Source: an uncultured Gemmatimonadaceae bacterium
GTDB lineage: Bacteria > Gemmatimonadota > Gemmatimonadetes > Gemmatimonadales > Gemmatimonadaceae
DNA: 64,000 nucleotides
Assembly: GCA_963829055.1 (NCBI GenBank)
Contig: CAWHHI010000011.1
Location: 32,001 to 96,000, forward strand
Reading direction: 5' to 3'
A program made the position numbers and the translations under genes. Positions within the stretch are counted from its first letter, which is position 1; each line of letters starts with the position of its first letter. Below are positions 12,057 through 24,170 of the stretch, in pieces. Under the pieces are notes generated by a model. That model was not told the origin of the DNA. It searched no databases and saw only the letters and a program-made list of their open reading frames with translations.

Positions 12057-12611
12057 CTAACGATCGTTGCTGCGGAAGGCCTTGCCGAGCACGTAGCCGA
12101 GGCCGAGCGCGATGAGCAGCGTGCGTCCCGGGTTCTCGCGGACCTGCTGCTCGATGTCCGCCTTGAGGTCGCCGTTGCGGAGCCAGTCCGCGGACTTGCT
12201 CATCCCACGCGCGACGGAGTCCTGCACGTTCGCCATGCGGTTCGTCTGTCGCCGCGGCGACGCTTCCGCCGTCGGTAGCACCGGCGAGGGTGCCGCTCGT
12301 GCTGCCGCTGACGCAGCTTGTCGGCACCGGCGTCGAGGCGATCGGCGAGCGTGGACTGAAGCTCGCGCGCCTTGTCCTTCACCTGGCCGAACTTGTCCTG
12401 GACGGTGGCCTTGGCCTGCTCGGTCCGGCGTCTGACCCATGTCGGACTGAGTGCCCGTCGTCGTGTAGTCCGAGCCGCCCATGCCGGACCCGACGCTGCC
12501 TCCCATTCCTGCTCCACTCGTTGCCGACTAGCTCCGAAACGCCGTTCGTGCCGCCGGTGGAACCCTGACCACCGGTGCGACCGCAACGTGATCGTCAGCG
12601 TTACGCTCCAT
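12057..12611 (-). CDS. ElaB/YqjD/DUF883-like tail-anchored protein, frameshifted
   Basis: C-terminus [31 protein letters not shown] before ATG at 12611. Confidence 0.7.
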
Positions 12612-12684
12612 GACTGCCTCCTTCGGATGGAAGCCGAAGGAATGCAGAGGACGTGCCGCAGGCGTAACGCTGAACGCGTCGCGG

Positions 12685-13128
12685 TCAGCGGCAATACTCG
12701 TCGAACGCCTCGCACGAGGTCTTCGGCGATCGCTCCAGCCGAGCGGCCTTCGATCTGCCAACGCTCGAGCATGAATACGATCTCGCCGTCCTTCATCAGC
12801 GCGATCTGTGGGGATGACGGTGCGTAGCCCGTGAAGTAGCCGCGTGCGCGCTCGGTGGCCTCGCCATCCTGGCCGGCGAACACCGTCGTGAGGTGCATCG
12901 GGCTTGGCGGTGTGCTGGAGCGCCATTGCGACGGCGGGGCGCGCCATTACGTGCAGCGCAGCCGCAGATCGAGTTGACGACCACGAGCGTGGTGCCCTTG
13001 GCGTCCTTGAGGCGGGCATCGACTTCGTCGGGCGTGCGCATCTCTTCGACGCCCAAGCGCGTCAGCTCCTGACGCATGGGCGTGACGAAGCGCTCGTCGT
13101 ACATCGGAGCGTTGGAGAGTGTACTCAT
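12685..13128 (-). CDS. BrxA/BrxB family bacilliredoxin (frameshifted)
   Basis: [17 protein letters not shown] (CGC motif), [23 protein letters not shown]. Confidence 0.88.
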
Positions 13129-13209
13129 TGGCTGGGCTTATTGAAGCGGAAAGTCTGGGAACTCGGGAATCGGGAATCGAAGACAAACCGCCGCTGCGGC
13201 TCGCGGTTC

Positions 13210-13580
13210 CTAGTCCTCGACGTCGCTATCGCGGACGAGCGCGAGGATCGCGCTCTGCGGGATCACCAGATACGTGTCTCCCTCGAACGTGAGCTCTACG
13301 GCGGCTTTGCGGAAGAACAGCGCGTAGTCGCCGGCGCGGGCCTGCATGGGAACGAAGCGAGTTTCGCGCAACGGAGTGCGCCACGGCTCGTCGCCGCCTC
13401 ACCGGGGTCAGGCATGGGAAGGCCTGGGCCGGTCGCGACGATCTTTCCGCCCTGCACAGCCTGACTGTCGAGCGCGGTAGGCGGCAGGTAGAGCCCGACC
13501 TTCGTGCGCTCCTCGCCCTCGTTCACGTGAATCAGGACACGATCGCCGACGACGATCAGACGCTTGTTGTTTTTGTCCAT
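13210..13580 (-). CDS. GroES/Cpn10 family protein (frameshifted)
   Basis: VVGDRVLI...ERTKVGLYLP...GKIVATGPG...GDYALF...ELTFEGDTYLVIPQSAIL. Confidence 0.85.
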
Positions 13581-13618
13581 GGGCTTGTTGAGAGACACCC
13601 AAACTGACTCAAGCGCTA

Positions 13619-13708
13619 GTTGCTGGGTGGTGCTGGTGGCTGGGTACGCTGAGTGTCCAGCTGCACCAGCGTCACCCAGCAACAAGCACGAGCACCCAGC
13701 AACCAGCC
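13619..13708. repeat. Intergenic palindromic element (CACCCAGCAAC family)
   Basis: GTTGCTGGGTGGTGCTGGTGGCTGGGT ... ACCCAGCAACAAGCACGAGCACCCAGCAAC; same unit at 28.6, 29.6 and 59.15 kb. Confidence 0.75.
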
Positions 13709-13713
13709 TGCTG

Positions 13714-15114
13714 TTATCGAACAATGTGTAGCTCGCACTGCCGCTTGTACGCCCAGCGAGTCTTCCCGTCCGCACCAATGAAGAAGTCTTCTTCCTGCGC
13801 CATCCGGACCGGCTGGCCGCCCCACTCGGGGACCGGCGTCGTCGCCTGCAGCTCCGACGAGAACCACATGCTCGGGATGATCTTCGCGTCGCCGCGGCCC
13901 GGGACGCCTTCCTGGTAATCCCACAAGCCGATCAGCGGGCCCGCGCCGTGGCCATGCATGCCGATCGGGTGCGAGTACAGGGTACCGCTGATCCCCTCGG
14001 ACTTGAGCTTCGCGAGACTCGACTTCAGCACCTCGTTGCCCGTCCGGCCCGGACGGACTTCCTCCATCGAGGATGTCCTGGAAGCGGTTCGAGTTCGCGA
14101 GCGCCTTCCGCAGCCCGGCCGGCGCTTCTGTTTCTCCTTCGCGCAGCACGTAGGCCATCGTGCTGCGTGTCCGTGTTGAGTCGCAGCGCGGTGATGCCGA
14201 CGTCGCAGTGCAGCACGTCGCCACGCTCGATCACGGGATCCTCACCGAGCTGCTCGTCGTTCGCTCCGCGCCGCTGCACCTCGATCGATGGCTGGAACCA
14301 TGTGCCCAGGCCGAGGTCGTTCACCTGCTGACGCCACCACCACACGAGATCGCTCGTGCGCGTCACGCCGGGACGGATGACCTCGTTCGAGAACATGCGG
14401 CCGATGAGCTCGATGCACGAGCTTGGTGAGATCCGTGAAGAACACTTCCTCGTCAGGCAGCCTCGTGGCGATGAGCTCGAGCGGCAGCGCTTCGGCGTGC
14501 TTGAACCGCGACGTCCACTTCGACGCCGAGCACGGCGCTCATGCCGTCGAGCTCGCCGGCGCTCAGACCGTCGGAGAACGCGAACGTACGCGAGACATCG
14601 ATCCCGATGACTTTCGGGTTTCGCTGCTCGATCGACGTCCTTGAGCACGAGCCACTGCTGATCCCCCCAGAGCTCGGCCTGCCGCCCGCCGACCGGCGCG
14701 GCGACGCCGTCGCGTCGAGCGGACGGCGTCGTAGAGCCCACCCTGCGACGTGCCGCCGAGCGCGATGCGTTCGACGCAGCCGGCTTTCCCGTTAGGCGAC
14801 GTGGCGCTGGTCGCGCCGGCGGCGCACTTGTCGAAGAAGACGTAGATCGTGCGACGTCGCGCGGCGAACGTCGTGGGCGACACGAGCGACGAGAAGACGG
14901 GATCCTCGTTGTACTCGCGCATTGGCACGACCCACATGTCGATGCCGTGCTTCTTCATGAGCGCGGGCAGGACGGTCGTTAGGCGCTGCTGCGAGCCACT
15001 GCTGCTGGCGATCGGCCTGTTCACGAAGGGTGCCGAACGGGCGGGTGGGCTGCGCGGCGAAGCGGAGCGGAGGCAGTGACGAGAGCGAGTCGAACGCAGA
15101 GTCGCGACACGCAT
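13714..15114 (-). CDS. M24 family metallopeptidase (Xaa-Pro aminopeptidase-like), frameshifted
   Basis: REYNEDPVF, GDVLHCDVGI, NTDTQH, YSHPIGMHGHGAGP, RMAQEED. Confidence 0.85.
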
Positions 15115-15207
15115 TGGCGTAAGGCTGCCAGTGCTGGCTGCTGCGATGTTACTGCGCTCGGCGCTGGCGCTGCTAGGCGGCTGCGCACTACGCAGCGCCA
15201 GCAGCGC

Positions 15208-15813
15208 TCAGACGGTGTCAGAACGCGCAGACCAAGCGAGCATCTGGCGGCTGCAGCAACCGCTAGCTGAGCCGGCGTGCTTCTGCGACTGCTTCTCATG
15301 CACCGCTACGGCCGTATGCACTCGGTGCTCGCGGCGCAGCAGCATGTAGCGCACGAACTGCACGACCCCCGCCAGCACCAGCGCGAACAGGCACACGACC
15401 ACGAGGCGCCACAGGAACGTCTGCGCGACGATCTCCAGCCAGTCGTGCGGGTGCGCGCGCTCCGACCCGATCGGCTCGCGGTGCGCGTAGATCAACGCGA
15501 GGCTCGTGAGCGACTCCGCCGCCGCTTCGATCGCCCCGAACACCGGCGCGCGCCACAGCCACGTGTCGCAGCGGAAAGTTGCCGAGGTGCAGCGTCGCCA
15601 TCCCGAGGATGAACAAGGCGCCGACAGCGCGAGCGTCGCACCGAAGTACAGCCAGCTCGTCGTCGGACCAACGCGTCATCGCCAGCGCGCGATACAACCG
15701 GAACAACACGCCCGTGACGATCGCCATCTCCGCGATCGACATCGAGAACGGCGGAACGCCGGCGGCTCCTCGAACTTCTTCCACTCGGTCGTCGTGTGCG
15801 GGAAGTAGGACAT
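15208..15813 (-). CDS. Hypothetical membrane protein, frameshifted
   Basis: MSYFPHTTTEWKKFEEP..., several TM segments; ATG overlaps the stop of the upstream esterase. Confidence 0.55.
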
Positions 15814-16889
15814 CAGCGCGCTCCGCTGCCGATCTTGCCGCCGATCCAGCGCAGACTCTCGCGCGCGTGCAACGCGCCAGTAGTCCCAGTCGTGCGCACC
15901 GGGCCATTCCGCATACGTGTGCGCGACGCCGAGTCGCTCGAGCGTCGCGTGAAGATCGCGCGACTGATCGACGTACCGATCGCGCGACGCCGACGTCGAT
16001 CATGAGCGACGGCATCCGCGCGCGATCGGCCGGTGCAGTAGCGCGCCGCGCGCCGGCCGGGATCGCGCGGCCACCAGCCCGTCGTGTCGCGTCCGAATGC
16101 GAGCACCATCGCCGGCCAGAGATCGGCCCGCATTCTGCCGCAACTCGGCCTCGGTGGCTGCATAACGCGGCGGCACGGCGTAGGGATGCGGACCCTCATA
16201 CAGCGGCGACAGCACACCCGAGTGGCTCGCGGCCGCGGAGAAGACGTCAGGATACGCGAGCGCCAGCGAGATCGCGCCGTAGCCGCCCATGCTCAGCCCC
16301 GCGATGGCGCGCGCCGACCGGGACGGGATCGTGCGATACGACGGAGTCCACACGCGCGACGAGATCGCGCGCGATGTAGTCGTCGTACTTGGGCCACGGC
16401 ACGCAGTAGCGCGTCCACCGTCTCGGACTGCACGACCCGGCGGCTTCGACGCGACGACATTCGGCGTTGTTCCCGAGATTGTTCCACGTCGTGTACCAGC
16501 CGTCGTCGCCGTCAGGCATGATGACGATCATCTCCGGCAGTCCCGCGGCGACGAGCGAGTCCAGCGTGCGGTCGATCGCGCCCGAGCGCGTACCCAGTTC
16601 CATTCGTCGCCCCACATGCCGTGCAGGTAGTACGCGACGGGATAGCGACGCGACGGCTGCTCGTCTCGTACGACGGCGGCAGATAGACGACGAACTGCTT
16701 GCGAATCCCGAGCGCCTGCGACCAGAACGAATCCGCGGCGACCCGCGAGACCATCCGGGGCTCGTCGAACGGCAGCAGGTGGCCGGTCGCGTCACGATCC
16801 GTGTGCGCACCTGCACTCGGCGGATCATCCTGGTCTGTCAAGCGCACCGGCGGGAATGCCGCTCACGAGATAGCTCGCGCGACACGCAT
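15813..16889 (-). CDS. Putative esterase (alpha/beta hydrolase, Fes/FrmB-like), frameshifted
   Basis: SQALGIRKQFVVYLPPSY, IVIMPDG, IAGLSMGGYGA nucleophile elbow, AASHSG; start uncertain. Confidence 0.8.
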
Positions 16890-17067
16890 GCGAACGCGAC
16901 GGCGACGCGCGCAACGCGCCGCAGGAGCCGCGCACCGCGGTCACACCGGTGAACCTCACCAGTGCTCGGACTCATTCGCCATGTCTGTAGGATGCCCTGC
17001 GGCGACAGCGGGGCGAAAGCCGCTCCAGCCGGCATTCCCACGTTAGGGCGCACGGTCGGTGCATGCG

Positions 17068-17780
17068 CTACGTACGAGGCATTCGAGAAATGCACGCCCA
17101 CCCCCACTCCTGGCACGCGCCCGGACCACGCCGTGAACCCACAGGCGACGTGATACGGGTGGCGTCGAGCGCCGTGCCGGGATCACCGCCCGGAAACGGG
17201 GTGTCCGCGGCCGACGGCTCGCGCGACGGCGGCGGCGTCCAGTCGATCGCGAACGACACGCCCGGCAGGTCCGCCGCCATCACCACGAAGCGCACCTTCG
17301 CCCGCGCGGCACAGATGCCGCCCGTGCGCGAGCCGCAGCGCCTGGACGCTGCTCCCGACGCCGACGCCACCCGTCGTCTTGAAGGCCGGATCCGGTTGCG
17401 ATCACGCGAATGATCGACGTGTCGGGCGTACCCGTCGATAGCGACGACGAGCGGGTGCCCAGCGTACGCGTCACGACGTGGGCCCGTTCCGGCGTGCCCT
17501 CGCTCGAGCGACCACGGCGGTGTCGCGCACCGGACAGCGTGACGCAAGTCGACGACATCCGTGTGCCGCGGAGCACAGGACCGATGCCGACGGAGTCGAC
17601 GACGATCGAGACGTTCGCGGCGTCGCACCGGTCGGCGGTCCGCTGGCGATCGGCCGCAGCGATCCGCGGCCGTGCCGCGCGCCTGCTCGCTCGCATCCGC
17701 CGCCCCGGTCGCCCGCCCTGTCGCCCTGACACGCAGCGAGCGCCACGACGACCAGGGCAAGCAGCCAGTCGACGTCCAGC
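17068..17780 (-). CDS. Hypothetical lipoprotein, frameshifted
   Basis: LLALVVVALAAC lipobox-like segment; fragmented reading frames; ends uncertain. Confidence 0.35.
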
Positions 17781-17798
17781 CTCCGCGCTGAGCTGGCG

Positions 17799-18267
17799 TC
17801 ACCCGACGGTAGCCCAGCACTCGATCTCGACGCGCGCGCCGAGCGCCAGGCCATTCGCGCCGAGGGCGCTGCGTGCGGGCTTGTTCTTCGGGAAGTAGCT
17901 CGCGTACACGACGTTCATGCGATCCCACTCGCGCATGTCGGCCATCATGACGGTGCACTTCACGACGCGGTCCATCGACGAGCCGGTCCGCTGCAGCACG
18001 TCCTTGATGTTCTCCATCGTCTGGCGCGTTTCGGCTTCGATGCCGCCGGGAACGACGCGCTGGCGGTCGACGCTCGGCTGTGCCGATCTGACCGGAGAGG
18101 TAGAGCATGTTGCCGACGCGGACGGCCGGCGAGAATGGACGCGTCGGCGCGCCGTAGGGTGTGAGGAACTGGCGGCGCTGGGGGACGCGGCGGTCTCGGG
18201 CTGGTCACGACCGCCGCACGCCGCGGTCACCGCGAGAGGATCAGACAGCACACGCTCGAACGCGCAT
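17799..18267 (-). CDS. RidA (YjgF/YER057c) family protein with possible signal peptide
   Basis: LYLSGQIG, GIEAETRQTMENI, VVKCTV, YASYF, PARSA, LGARVEIEC. Confidence 0.9.
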
Positions 18268-18524
18268 TGCTCCGCCTGGGTTTGGGATTGGCGGAACGAT
18301 GGCGACCTCGCTCACCCGCTCGAAAGGCCGAGCCGCGGTGTGCAAGGTTGGCAACACGTCTGTCAGAGCGATCGAGCCGGTCACGCGACGTTTGCCAGAT
18401 TGACCAACCGGCCCGGGCACGAGCGATGCTTTTCTCAGGCCCGTAACGGTCGCACCAGTCAGAGGAATCGAATCCCCGTGGCGACCTTTCTTGAACTCTT
18501 GAACCTCGTTGAGGAGAGACTGCC

Positions 18525-18957
18525 ATGATCGACCAGCCGCTGCATGCCGACGTTCAACCGCGTGCTGGCGTTCGATCGTGAGCTGGATCGCATGGTGAAC
18601 CGGACCGGCGCAGCGCTTCTTCGTTCCGTCGGTCGACGTCGTCGAGCGCGCGGACGCGTATCATGATCACGGCTGAGCTGCCTGGCGTGGATCCGGCGGC
18701 CGTCGAGATCTCGTTCGAGAACAACACGCTGACCCTGCGCGGCACGAAGGCGCCGTGGCTGGTCAGCCGCAGGAGAACGAGGAGCTGCGCGTCTACTCGG
18801 CTGAGCGACTGAGCGGCACGTTCGAGCGCTCGGTTCGGCTGCCCGAGTACGTCGAGGGCGACAAGATCGAGGCGACGCTACTAGCACGGCGTGCTGACGA
18901 TCACGGTACCGAAGGCGGCAGGCGGCGCGGCCGCGGAAGATCGAGATCAAGGGATAA
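18525..18957 (+). CDS. Hsp20/alpha-crystallin small heat-shock protein, frameshifted
   Basis: GAGGAG RBS; AELPGVDP, ERLSGTFERSVRLP, GVLTITVPK, RKIEIKG*. Confidence 0.85.
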
Positions 18958-18959
18958 CG

Positions 18960-19091
18960 CGCTAACAGCTAACGGCTAACCAGCTATCAGCTATCAGCCA
19001 TAGACCCTCGGGATGCTCATCTCAGCCAAGAGAATCGTCCGGATCGGTTCTCGCTGATCAGCTGATAGCTGCTCAGCTGATGGCTGTTAGC
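18960..19091. repeat. Heptamer (AGCTATC/GCTAACA) inverted-repeat hairpin between convergent genes
   Basis: GCTAACA GCTAACG GCTAACC AGCTATC AGCTATC AGCCAT ... GCTGATCAGCTGATAGCT...GCTGATGGCTGTTAGC. Confidence 0.7.
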
Positions 19092-20368
19092 TCCGCGCAG
19101 CGGCGCGTCCTCCTCCAGGACGACGTGCCCTGCCAGCGCGCGCCGGTTTTGTTCCGCGTCGAACGCGTTCTCGCTCTTCGCGATCACCACCGTCGCGACG
19201 CCGTTGCCGATCAGGTTCACGATCGCGCGCGCTTCCGACATGAAGCGGTCGACGCCGAGCAGCAGCGCGATCGACTCGACGGGAATGATCTTCATCGCGC
19301 TCAGCGTCGACGCGAGCACGATGAAGCCCGAGCCGGTCACGCCGGCCGCGCCCTTGGACGTCAGCATCAGCACGCCGAGGACCGTCAGCTCCTGGCCTAA
19401 CGACAGGTCGACGCCGGAGACCTGCGCGAGGAAGATCGTCGCCATCGACAGGTAGATCGACGTGCCGTCGAGGTTGAACGAGTAGCCCGTCGGGACGACC
19501 AGCCCGACGATCGGCTTCGCGCACCCGAACTTCTCGAGCTTGTCCATCAGCCTCGGCAACGCCGCCTCGGAGCTCGACGTGCCGAGCACCAGCAGGATCT
19601 CCTCCCAGATGTAGCTGAGGAATCGCCAGCAGGCTGAAGCCGTACAGGCGCGCGATGATGTTCAGCACGACGAACACGAACAGGAACATCGTCGTGTAGA
19701 CGGACAGCATGAGCTTGCCCGAGCGGGATGAGCGTGCGCAGACCGAAGTTGCCGACGGTGAACGCCATCGCGCCGAATGCGCCGATGGGCGCGACGATCA
19801 TGATGATCCCGACGATCCGGAACAGCGCCTTCGACAGCACCTCGAACACGGTCAGCGCCGGCCTCGCCGTCTCGCCTAGCGCGCTCAGCGCGACGCCGAA
19901 CAGCACGGCGACGAACACGACCTGCAGCATCTCGCCGCGCACGAACGCCTCGAGCATGTTCGCCGGCACGATGTGCGTGACGAAGTCGACGAACGTCATC
20001 TGCTGCGCCTGCGTGGTGTAGCGCGAGATGTCGCCGCCAGCGATGCGGCTGACATCGAGCCCGGCGCCGGGCTTGATGACGTTCACGACGACGAGCCCGA
20101 TCGCGAGCGCGAAGGTCGTGACGACCTCGAAGTAGAGGAGCGCCTTGCCGCCCACGCGCCCGACGCGTTTGAGGTCCCCGAGCGTTGCGATGCCGAGCAC
20201 GATCGTGAAGAAGACGATCGGCGCGATCACCATCTTCACGAGGTTCACGAACGTGTCGCCGAGCGGCCGCATCGCCTTCGCGGTGTCGGGCGAGACGACG
20301 CCGAGGATCACGCCGAGCGTGATCGCGACGAGGACTCGGAACGTCAGGTTGTTGAGGAGGCGACGCAT
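19017..20368 (-). CDS. dctA: C4-dicarboxylate:cation symporter (frameshifted)
   Basis: [60 protein letters not shown]. Confidence 0.93.
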
Positions 20369-20372
20369 GAGG

Positions 20373-20510
20373 ATCGGGAATCGGGAATCGGGAATCGGGA
20401 ATCGACGGAACCTAACGCCTGGTTGTCTGCTCTCGACCAGCGACCAGCCCGAGCGACCAGCGACCAGCTGCCAGTTCCTGTTCCCGATTCCCGTTTCCCG
20501 ATTCCCGTCT
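20373..20510. repeat. GGGAATC heptamer inverted-repeat element
   Basis: (CGGGAAT)x4 left arm, CCCGATTCCCGTTTCCCGATTCCCG right arm, internal CGACCAG repeats. Confidence 0.75.
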
Positions 20511-23009
20511 CGACGGCAGGAGCCGGAGCACATGCTTCGTCTCCGCTTCGACACGGGCGCGAGAGAACACGAGCGGGAAATATTTGTCGTTGCCCCACAG
20601 CGGGAGCAGATCGTCGTAGTACTCGCTGCCCGGCTGCGCCGACTGGCCGGGGACGTTGATCGCCACCGAGTTGTCGAAGTCGCCGAGGTCGATGACCTCG
20701 CGGTACGACGCGCCCGCGGTCTGGTGATAGTTCGCGCCGCCCGTCGCGAAGACCGTGTTCGCATCTCCAGCGCGCGACACCGGCGGCAGGTCGAACGCGC
20801 GCGCCAGCGGATGTCGAAGCTCGGCCACGTGCATCGTCCCCCAGCGCCACTGCGTCGTGTCCGCGCCGAAGCGTCCGCGTCACCTCCGCTGACCGCCTCG
20901 GCGAGCGCGCCGACGCATGAGCGAGTCGCGGAAGCGCGCGGACACCGCACCGGCTGGCGCGGCGAGGAACGCCTCGAGCTGCTCGTAGTCGGCGCGATTG
21001 CCCATCACCTGCGCCGCCTCGGCGGGAGAGTCGCGCGGCGTTCGCGCGGCGCGCGAGGATCGGCGCCCACGCCTCGAACAGCAGCGGGCGCGGCCGCGTC
21101 GCGCGACATGCCGATAGTTCCAGCGACGCGAGCATCTGCACGGCCTGCGAATCGCTCTTCCCGAGTCGCCGCGCGGCGCTAACGAGCGTGCGGCACGAGG
21201 CGACGCGCGAGGACCGAGAGGTCGTCGTGCTGCAGCGCCTGAAAGTCGGCGACGGTGAAGTCGCTCCGGCTCGCAGGACTTCCCGGATGCGCGACACGCG
21301 ATAGTCGCGACGACCAGTCGTACGCGATCGGCGTCTTGTAGCCGGGCGGCAGAATGTTGTTGTTCGCCGTCGCGATGAATCCGCTCGCGGGATTGTACGA
21401 TTGCGGCAGCTGCGCGGTCGGGACGAATCCGTTCCACTCGTAAGCGGCCGTCGCCGGGCACGGGGAGCAGTCCCGACCAGCGACGCCGCGGCATGAGCCC
21501 GGCAGCGATCCAGCCGATGTTTCCGTCGACATCGGCGTAGATCATGTTCTCGCTCGGCATTCGCCAGCGCGCCATCGCGCTCTGGAAATCGCGCCAGTTT
21601 TGCGCGCGCCCGAGCTGAAGCGACGCGAGATACGCGGCGGTCCCGGGCTCCTGACCGACCATGCGAATCGCGACGGCGCGCCCGCGCGCGGAATCGCTCG
21701 AGACGATGGGGCCGTGGTGGGTGAATTCGAGCCTAACGATTCGCGGCTGGCTCTCCCTTCACCCGTATGGTGTCGATGACGGTCGTGATGGGTTGCCACC
21801 CGCCGTTGTGGAAGTAGCAGCGGGACGCGGGAGACCGGGAACGGGGAGGCGGGAGCTGCTGCTGCCGCGGCTGCTCGAGTTCCCGTTCCCCGTTCCCCGT
21901 TCCCCGTTCCCGCAGCACGGCACCAACTCTCTCGACATACACATCCTGCTGATCCATTCCCACGATCGTCAGCCCGAACGCGATGCGCTCGTTATGCCCG
22001 ATCGACACGCCCGGGCTCGCGGGCTCACCGGCGCCGATCACGTTCCAGCCCGGCCCGACGAGGTGCGTGATGTAGCGGACGGACGGGTGCGTGATCGCGC
22101 GATGCGGATCGTTCGCGAGAATCGGCTTGCCGGATCGCGTCTTCTTGCCGCTCACGACCCAGTTGTTCGAGCCCTCGACGCGCTGAAAGGCGATGTCCGA
22201 GTACGCGCTGCCGACGCCGCCGAGTGACGACTGATCGAGCCCGCGCGAGGTCGAGGCCGGGGACCGGATCGAGCGCGCGCGTCGGCTCGGTGGGGAGAAC
22301 CTCCTCGGTCGCCTTCTTCGCGCCGACGAGCGAGACGAGTCGCGCGCGCAGGATTTCCGTCGTCGCGTTCGACACGCCCGAGAGCGACGGTCACGCGCGC
22401 GAGCGGAACGTCGACGGTCCACGGCTCGGGCGCGAAGCCCATCATCGTGAACTCGATCGGCAGGCGATCCTTCACCTGCGCGATGTACGCGTTCACGCCG
22501 TCCGACGAACGCGCCGACGATCGCGCTTCGCGTTCGGACCGTACGCGGCCCACTCGGCGTCCGCTGGACCCACGATAGCGGAAGAGGCGCGCGAGGCGGT
22601 CGCGCTCCGACGGCGCGAGGGCCTAACACTTCGGCGAGTCGTCCTTCCGCCTGTACGACGCCACATCTCCATCTGCCAGAGGCGATCCTGCGCGGCGACG
22701 AAGCCCTGCGCGAAGAAGAGGTCGTGCTCGGTGCGCGCGTAGATGTGCGGCACGCCCCAGCGGTCGCGCCGCACCTCGACGGCGCTGTCGAGGCCCGGGA
22801 TCGTCGATCGTGCCATCGATCTGCGCGAGTCGCTTGACTGCTTCGTCGCGGAGCGTATCGGCGCTCGACGGCGAGCGCCGAGCGGTGCGCGTCGTTCGAC
22901 GGAGTCGTGGCCGCAGAGCCGGACGACGTGCCGACCATTGCGAGCACGATGGCGCTCGCGACGAGACTCGATCAGTTGAACGAGATTGCCCGGGAGAGCC
23001 GCTGATCAT
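20412..23009 (-). CDS. Penicillin acylase family (Ntn hydrolase), multiple frameshifts
   Basis: [34 protein letters not shown] (catalytic Ser), [25 protein letters not shown]. Confidence 0.92.
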
Positions 23010-23149
23010 GGGATTCGCGCGACGGAACTCGAGGTGACGCGCGTTGGAGTGGTCGCGCGATCAGAGTGGCACCGAGCATTCACGTCAGAACAAGGGTCGA
23101 CCGCAGGCTATCGCACCAAGCTCCGGCGCACGTCGATCGCGACGCAGCG

Positions 23150-23991
23150 TTACCGAATGCGCGTGCCGATCCTGCCCCAGCGCACATCGGTGATGAACGG
23201 CAGCGGGCGATCGCTCGTCTCGTACGTGCACACGGGTGAGGGCTCGTCGCCCGGGCGATACGAGTAGTACACGAACATCGGACGACCGCGCACGTTCTCG
23301 CGCGGCACGACGCCCCAGTAGCGACTGTCCTTCGAGCAGTACCGGTTGTCGCCCATCATGAAGTAATGAGCAGGCGGTACGACCAGTGGTCCCCAGTTGT
23401 CGTGCGTCGGCTGCGCGGGCGCCGCGCCGAAGCGTGACGTCGCGAGCGCGTAGCGCTTCTGCCACTCGAACAGCGGGTCGACGTAGTTCGGATCGCCCTT
23501 CTCGTTGTTCGCGGTCGCGAAGCCCTGTCGCTGCGCGATGCCGTTCACGTAGCACGAGTCCGTCGCGCATGTAGATCGTGTCACCCGGCATGCCGATGAG
23601 GCGCTTCACGAGCGTCGGCGTCGCGATCGTTGCCGATCGCCGCCTCGTCAGGCTGAAACGGCGAGACGAACACGACGACGTCGCCGCGCTTCGGAGTCCG
23701 AGTAGCCCGGCAGGTTGATCTTCGTGAACGGAATGTGTGGACCGTACACGAGCTTGTTCACGAACAGCCAGTCGCCGACGAGCAACGTGGGGATCATGCT
23801 CCCCGACGGAATGCGAAACGCTTCGACGAAGAACGTGCGAATGAAGAGGAAGATCACCAGCGCGCCGGCGATCGACTTCACGTTCTCCCAGAGCGTGGAC
23901 GGGAGCGCGCGCTTCGCTTTGACCTTGCCGCGCGCGGCGGCGACGCTCGAGCTCTTCGCGGGCGGGCGGATCGTTTTTTGGTGGACGCCAC
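23150..23991 (-). CDS. lepB: Signal peptidase I (frameshifted)
   Basis: FRIPSGSMIPTLLVGD, LVKRLIGMPGD, YFMMGDNRYCSKDSRYWG. Confidence 0.93.
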
Positions 23992-24100
23992 TCTGGACAG
24001 ACGGATCGAGGGAGAGGAACGGCGGATAGTGATCGAACAGTCAAATGTAATTACGCCGCCGTGCGCGGGCGTGTTTCCTCCGGAGAATGGGCCGGAATGC

Positions 24101-24136
24101 CAGAGGGGCGCACTCCGTGGAGAGTGCGCCCCTCTG
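24101..24136 (-). terminator. Hairpin after the SWIB gene
   Basis: Perfect 15-bp stem CAGAGGGGCGCACTC/GAGTGCGCCCCTCTG; no clear U-tract. Confidence 0.55.
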
Positions 24137-24170
24137 ACACGTTCGAACGACGTGCGAACGACTGCGTGAC

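Noticed and set aside
18330..18520. CIRCE or ROSE element upstream of hsp20
   Set aside because: No TTAGCACTC-N9-GAGTGCTAA match or convincing thermometer motif.
1..24000. Mass pseudogenisation or programmed frameshifting
   Set aside because: Indels hit normally essential or conserved genes (lepB, proC) without in-frame stops or decay, which fits low-coverage long-read error.
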